A DNA stretch of 61,059 nucleotides. It comes from Octopus bimaculoides (lineage: Eukaryota). Positions 54,726 through 61,059 of the stretch are shown one piece after another (within the stretch, counting starts at the first letter, position 1; every line of letters starts with the position of its first letter). Position numbers and translations under genes: made by a program. The stretch is taken from assembly GCF_001194135.2 (NCBI RefSeq), contig NC_068986.1, positions 46,671,752-46,732,810 on the forward strand, written 5' to 3'. Under the pieces are notes generated by a model. The model had not been told where the DNA came from, did no database searches, and saw only the letters and a list, made by a program, of their open reading frames with translations.

Positions 54726-56507
54726 TGTGTGTAAAAGTAAGATCCAAGTATCAAGATGTAGGAAGGTAGTAAGCTTCGGGCAGTCTATAGAAGGTATAAA
54801 AAACAACTTTCAGGAATAATAGTGGTTTATTGACTTAGAAGGTTATAAATTTTTCCCATATCGAAGTTCGATAAGCTGAAAAAAGTTGTTATAGTTCACG
54901 GTTAGCAGCTGGGGTTGCTGTGTATTTTCCCTCTACTCTCCCACATCTCTTTTTTTTTTATTCGTGTTCTTATTCTTTTCCTCAACAAATTTAGACATTT
55001 ATCCACTCCCATATATTATTTCTTCACAAATATATTTTCCCTTTTGTTCTCTCACTCTGTGCTTTCCACGCATTTTCGATCAAAATCTCCTGCAAGTTAA
55101 TGTGGGATTCTTTGACGACAATATTGCATTCATTTGACTTAGGTATCTTTGGCCCCTTGTATGGGTAATCACTATCTCCGAGGTTCTGCTAGCAAAGAAA
55201 CATATGTAGCCTAGATTTAAAATATTCCGTTCCCTAATTTTGCGTGTCTCTCTCTCTCTCTCTCTNNNNNNNNNNNNNNNNNNNNNNNNNNNNNNNNNNN
55301 NNNNNNNNNNNNNNNNNNNNNNNNNNNNNNNNNNNNNNNNNNNNNNNNNNNNTATATAATAGAGTCAATGTTATCTTCGCAAATATTTTCTCCTGAAATA
55401 TCTGCTCCGTATTGAAACTATTTTCACACTCGTGGCCGCCATGATTCGGCACAAAATGAATCCTTTGCTGCGCAGACTTCAGCGTGATTGTGGCTTTCCA
55501 TCATGGTAACGCGTGCTGAGGAAGGTGAGGTTATAATGCCAGTCTAAAAACCGGTCCACGTGAGTCCAAATACTTGAATGTATGTTGAGAGATTGTCCTA
55601 GCCCGTTTGCCAGCAGACGGCTGATTTCTGCAGTATTTATCAGTGTTTTTTTTTTCGGTGATTGAAAACAGAGTTTTGACTTCTAATCCTTCAGCTATAT
55701 TGTATACATATGTATGCATGTGTCCATATGTATACATGTACCCATACGTATGAATATATGTATACATGCATCTAAAAATGTATTTACACGTTTCTGCACA
55801 TACACATGTACATATTTATACTTGTATGAAATGCTTGCATATATATGCAATTGTTATATGATATACTTCTTAAATCATTCACATATATTCACGATGCTTT
55901 CAATAGATTATGACTGTAATCTATAATTAGCCATGTCACTTCCGGTTTTATGAAACCGAGTTTCCCAAGATTGGTGCTAAAGTTCCTCAGTAAATATAGA
56001 TATAAATCTAAAGTTGTAAACCAGGTTGAACAGATTTCTCATTTGCTTAGCATTGATAGATGTGTGCATGTGTTTCTGTGTGTGTCTGTTTGTCCCTCTG
56101 TCTGTGTGCCAGTGAGTGTTCATATGAGTTCACAGATTGATGATGAACATTGATTACTCAAGTGTTTCAATAAAGTTGAACAATAAGTACAATCCAGTGT
56201 ACAGTTTTATTCAGTAATTCCTACAGAAATATCTCTGCTGATTAAGTAACATCCGACTCACCAATGGATAAACACATTTATATTTGATAAAGAAAACAAA
56301 AACCTATCTTGGATGCTAGCATGGCTTACTGGCTTTCTTTCAAATACGTCCAATGATGTTTATTCTAAAATACGAGAATTTAGGTCAACATGAACTAATT
56401 GACCTTCAAAGAACGATATTAGTTCAATAGTTCAATAATCAAAGCACGCAAATACAAAAGGTTCTGTGCAATAAAATGATACTATTAAAATATCGGATAT
56501 TTTAATG

Positions 56508-56844
56508 ATATTTGAAATGCCAGTAAACAAGTGTGCTATCTCGCGTCCAACAGAATTTCATCGTTTTTTATTTAATTAATCTTATAATTGATTATTTTTT
56601 TACCATTTGGATTAGAAATAGACGAAATTGTATACCGGGTATAATTATATATATATGTCTACCGTTCAGCCTTGGGTATACATAGCTAGCTAGCTAGATA
56701 GATAAATAGATACATACATACATACATACATACATACTTACATACATATATGCATACATACACACATATGTACATATGTATGCTCATATATACATATATA
56801 CATACTTACAAACATAGATACAAACGTACATATATGTGTATGGG

Positions 56845-56893
<49 letters not shown>

Positions 56894-57390
56894 GATGTAT
56901 GTATGTATGTATGTGTGTATGTGTGTATGTATGTAAGTATGTATATGCGCGTGTGAATGTATAAATAATATGGGTGGCTAATTCGCAATTTTACAACCTA
57001 AAGGTAGAAGTATATACGTCAATAGAGTGACAAAGGACACTAATCAGCACCAGTATTGCTAGAAATAAAAGCCAAAACAACTCAGCAGCCACAGAAACAC
57101 TATCTTAATGTCTGACAAAGGAGGCAATATATCTACGGCTGCAGATATAGCCAGATCATCGATGATTTTGTATGTTGATACTAACGCATCTCAATACTCA
57201 TCTTAATGACTGACAAGGGAGGCAAGGTCCCTAGTGATAGTTTATTAATATTTGAAATGCCAGTAAACAAGTAAGCTGTCTAGCGTATAACAGAATTTCG
57301 TCGTTTTTATTTAATTAATTTTATAATTGATTATTCTTTGACCATTGAGATTAGACATGGAAGTAGTGGTATGTCTGCCATAATTATATA
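56508..57390 (+). repeat. ~140-bp direct repeat Y (56508-56650 and 57248-57390)
   Basis: ATATTTGAAATGCCAGTAAACAAGT...ATAATTGATTATT...ATAATTATATATA occurs twice, each copy ending in (TA)n. Confidence 0.85.
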
Positions 57391-57830
57391 TATATATATC
57401 TTAATGACTGGCAAAGGAGGCAATCTCTCCACGGCCGCAGATACAGCCAGATCATCGATGATTTCGCATTTTGATGCTCACGCATCTTAATGCTCATCAG
57501 TGGCTCGCACCGCACCTTGGGTTAAACTCAGCTCACCTTGTCAGCTTATAAGATTTCCCTTGAAATTACACGCTGATTGCATAAACGGTTAAAGTGAAAA
57601 TTATAAATGATATGGGTGGTTAATTCACAATTCTACATTAAGATGCATTAGCATCAAAATGCGAAATCATCGATTTAACTATATCTGCGGCCGTGAGGCG
57701 TTTTGCCTCCCTTGTCAGTCACTAAGATAGTGCTTTTGTGGCTATTGAGTTGTTTTAACTCTTATTTCTAGCAATACTGGTACTTATTAGTGCCCTTTGT
57801 CACTTTAGTGATGTATATATTTCTGGCATT
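56960..57830 (-). mobile_element. Rearranged cluster of a ~346-nt hammerhead-bearing repeat (retrozyme-like family H1)
   Basis: Copies at 56960-57203 (decayed HHR), 57399-57637 (intact HHR) and an inverted partial copy at 57636-57830. Confidence 0.82.
57445..57505 (-). ncRNA. Intact type I hammerhead ribozyme
   Basis: AGCCA-CTGATGA-GCAT taag ATGC gtga GCAT caaa ATGC-GAAA-TCATCGATGA-TC-TGGCT; all core residues present; predicted AUC cleavage between 57450 and 57449. Confidence 0.9.
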
Positions 57831-58115
57831 TTATATATANNNNNNNNNNNNNNNNNNNNNNNNNNNNNNNNNNNNNNNNNNNNNNNNNNNNNNNNNNNNN
57901 NNNNNNNNNNNNNNNNNNNNNNNNNNNNNNNNNNNNNNNNNNNNNNNNNNNNNNNNNNNNNNNNNNNNNNNNNNNNNNNNNNNNNNNNNNNNNNNNNNNN
58001 NNNNNNNNNNNNNNNNNNNNNNNNNNNNNNNNNNNNNNNNNNNNNNNNNNNNNNNNNNNNNNNNNNNNNNNNNNNNNNNNNNNNNNNNNNNNNNNNNNNN
58101 NNNNNNNNNNNNNNN

Positions 58116-58757
58116 GTATAGAGTTTTTTGCTGCTCTTTCTAGCGGGTTAGATGTCTTATTATAGGCATCTCTATATTTTAAATGAATAATATATATGTA
58201 GTCTATTGAGTAATTTTTTATTCTCGCTGGACCACTGGTGGTAAATTAAATTTCTAAAATTTCTTTTCCTTCCCTATGATTAATAATGATATTATATTTT
58301 TTGGCTAATTTCTGAAAGAAAATCGGCATTTATTTTACATTTACTGCCGATTAGTTAATGCGCACATGCGTGGTTAAGTCTTGAGAAATTAAGCATGTAA
58401 ACTGGAGTCAGGTTCTTTCCTTGGCTCGTGTTTACACGCTAATCCGGCACTCTGCTGACGAAAGCGCCCGAGTTAGATATACTTTTATCTTACTAAATAG
58501 CTTGAAACCATGGTACAGAGTATAGACTGGTAAAAATGTTTTTATTTTTCATTCTCCTTCGAAATTATCCCTATTTTTGTGGTATAGAGTTTTTTGCTGC
58601 TCTTTCTAGCGGGTTAGATGTCCTATTATAGGCAACTCTATATTTTAAATGAATAATATATATGTAGTCTATTGACAAATTTTTTATTCTCGCTGGACCA
58701 CTGGTGGTAAATTAAATTTCTAAAATTTCTTTTGCTGCCCTATGATTAATAATGATA
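58116..58757 (+). mobile_element. 466-nt tandem hammerhead-bearing repeat (retrozyme-like family H2), about 1.4 units visible between gaps
   Basis: 58116-58290 repeated at 58582-58757 with near identity; begins at an N gap, ends in (TA)n. Confidence 0.85.
58449..58521 (+). ncRNA. Intact type I hammerhead ribozyme
   Basis: ACTCTG-CTGACGA-AAGC...GCTT-GAAA-C-CATG-GTA-CAGAGT; 6-bp stem I; predicted GUA cleavage after 58515. Confidence 0.88.
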
Positions 58758-58760
58758 TGT

Positions 58761-58811
<51 letters not shown>

Positions 58812-58813
58812 TA

Positions 58814-58860
<47 letters not shown>

Positions 58861-60084
58861 NNNNNNNNNNNNNNNNNNNNNNNNNNNNNNNNNNNNNNNN
58901 NNNNNNNNNNNNNNNNNNNNNNNNNNNNNNNNNNNNNNNNNNNNNNNNNNNNNNNNNNNNNNNNNNNNNNNNNNNNNNNNNNNNNNNNNNNNNNNNNNNN
59001 NNNNNNNNNNNNNNNNNNNNNNNNNNNNNNNNNNNNNNNNNNNNNNNNNNNNNNNNNNNNNNNNNNNNNNNNNNNNNNNNNNNNNNNNNNNNNNNNNNNN
59101 NNNNNNNNNNNNNNNNNNNNNNNNNNNNNNNNNNNNNNNNNNNNNNNNNNNNNNNNNNNNNNNNNNNNNNNNNNNNNNNNNNNNNNNNNNNNNNNNNNNN
59201 NNNNNNNNNNNNNNNNNNNNNNNNNNNNNNNNNNNNNNNNNNNNNNNNNNNNNNNNNNNNNNNNNNNNNNNNNNNNNNNNNNNNNNNNNNNNNNNNNNNN
59301 NNNNNNNNNNNNNNNNNNNNNNNNNNNNNNNNNNNNNNNNNNNNNNNNNNNNNNNNNNNNNNNNNNNNNNNNNNNNNNNNNNNNNNNNNNNNNNNNNNNN
59401 ATATATATATATATATATATGCAGACTATAGATGAGACCGGGGTATACTCAGTAGAGAAACCCCTTGTTCAGACTGAATAAGAGGTTTGTTTATTTCATA
59501 TTTTATATTTTACATTTTAATTTTCATTAAATTAATTTTGGTATTTTTTATCATTTGCATCACTTTGTATTTCCTTGGAGATCTTTGTCAAGAATTCTAA
59601 AGATAGAATATGGGTTCAAAGCATTGAGAGACTATAAATGATCCAGCAGTGCTTCCGAATCCACTCACTTGAAGGTCTTCATTTATGCAACTACAGTTGG
59701 ATTATATTAATGCAATAATCTTTTACATATGTGTACCACTCATCAGTTCATACTTAGTTGACACTAATGCACAAAACCATCTGTAGTGATTTAGATTAAG
59801 CCCTGCTTTTTTCCATCTGTATTAAAATTCTATTGTTTGAATTCTACGGGTATTAACGGAACTCCATATGTATATCCTGTAAATGGAGAATTGTTGCAAT
59901 ATGATAGGCGTATTACAGCCGGTACTTACAGAGGAGCTTTAGAAAGCACGCTCTAAGATTATTACTCAGATAATATATCTATATCAATAATGGTATTTAA
60001 ATAAGTTTTAAGCGTGTATACATACCATTATTATTATTTACAGGATCGTAAAATTTTGTACTGTATAACAAAACCATGTATATA

Positions 60085-60485
60085 GGCGCCGGCGTGGCTG
60101 TTAAGAAACTTTCTTCTCAACCACGTGTTTCCTGGTTCAGTCCCACGTTGTGAGACCTTAGGCAAGTGTCTTCTACTATAGTTTAAGGGTCAACAAAGGC
60201 TTGAAAGTGAATTTGGTTGATGAAAACTGAAAGAAGCCCGTCGCATATATATATACACACATATATATATACTTGTGTATATATAAATATATATATATTT
60301 GTGTGTGTGTCTTTGTTTTTGTACTTGTCACCCACCATCGCTTGACATGTTTTCACGTCCCTGTAATAAGTAATAAACTTTAAAAATTAACTCCTGGGGT
60401 CGATTCATTTGACTAAAATTATTCAAAGTCATGCTCCAGCATGGCCGCTGTCTAACGACTGAATCAAGTAAAAGATAAAAGATAC
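60085..60485 (+). mobile_element. SINE family B, full length
   Basis: GGCGCCGGCGTGGCTG...GGTTCAGTCCCA...GAAAGAAGCCCGTCG, microsatellite, tail ending CAAGTAAAAGATAAAAGA. Confidence 0.88.
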
Positions 60486-60879
60486 ATACATACATACATG
60501 CATACATATCTTATATACATATGTGTTTTATGTATATGTATGGATGTTTGTGAGTTTGTCTTTCCTGGCACGTTATTCTGTAGCAGCACTTTTAAATGTT
60601 TCTCAGGTGTCGCAATGAGACAATTAAATCTACTTCAATAATAAATGTAATAATAAATTTTCAACTACTATCGATGTAAAAGCTCTCTACGAAATGTGAT
60701 GCTGATTTTGTCGACCACAGACACGTGGTATTCAAATGTAAATAAGTCTAGAGCAGCAGGGGTATACATTTTGAAATTACATAAGCAGTTTTATGGAAAT
60801 GACTTCACCAAATTTTAAGGACACACACATGTACACATTACATTACGTTATCACAGGAACACACATGAATAATTTGAAC

Positions 60880-61020
60880 AGGCGTTCCTGTGTCGCAAGA
60901 GGTTTATTTTCCAACCATATGGCTTCGGGTTCAGTCATACTGTCTTCTACTATAGCCGGTCCAAAGCCTTGTGGGTAGGTTTGGCAAACACAAATTGAAA
61001 GACGCCTGTCGTATGTATAG
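60880..61020 (+). mobile_element. SINE family B head
   Basis: AACCATATGGCTTCGGGTTCAGTC...GTCTTCTACTATAGCC...AAAGCCTTGTG. Confidence 0.78.
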
Positions 61021-61024
61021 ATAC

Positions 61025-61059
<35 letters not shown>

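Noticed and set aside
56960-57830. Repeat-spacer-like pattern suggesting CRISPR
   Set aside because: Repeats are 100-180 bp, irregular and in mixed orientation, with no cas genes, in a eukaryotic context.
59420-59475. GATGA-GACCGGGTATACTCAGTA-GAGAAAC, possible HHR relic
   Set aside because: No complementary stem I and the core is broken.

Overview
Eukaryotic, very AT-rich, repeat- and gap-laden genomic DNA. The SINE families, microsatellite load and LINE content resemble an Octopus/cephalopod assembly (inferred from my recognition of the repeats, not a database result). No intact protein-coding gene, rRNA, true tRNA, CRISPR or prokaryotic feature is supported; almost every ORF in the track is a microsatellite, N-gap or decayed-transposon artefact. 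Content: three tRNA-derived SINE families; decayed LINEs (several R4/Dong-type RLE elements, two RTE families, one CR1-like); an internally deleted Tc1 transposase; a Penelope-like GIY-YIG remnant; several long foldbacks; two weak minus-strand exon candidates. The most interesting signal is a set of short non-coding repeat units carrying type I hammerhead ribozymes (HHR). Two have fully intact cores (57445-57505 minus strand in a ~346-nt unit; 58449-58521 plus strand in a 466-nt tandem unit). A diverged relative at 42793-42861 shows compensatory stem changes, and an inverted arm of that element stops at the predicted cleavage site. Several decayed HHRs occur in other repeat families, one directly 3' of the Penelope endonuclease remnant. 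Together these look like non-LTR retrozymes (self-cleaving, possibly circRNA-forming, Penelope-mobilised retroelements). I cannot verify whether these families are already described.
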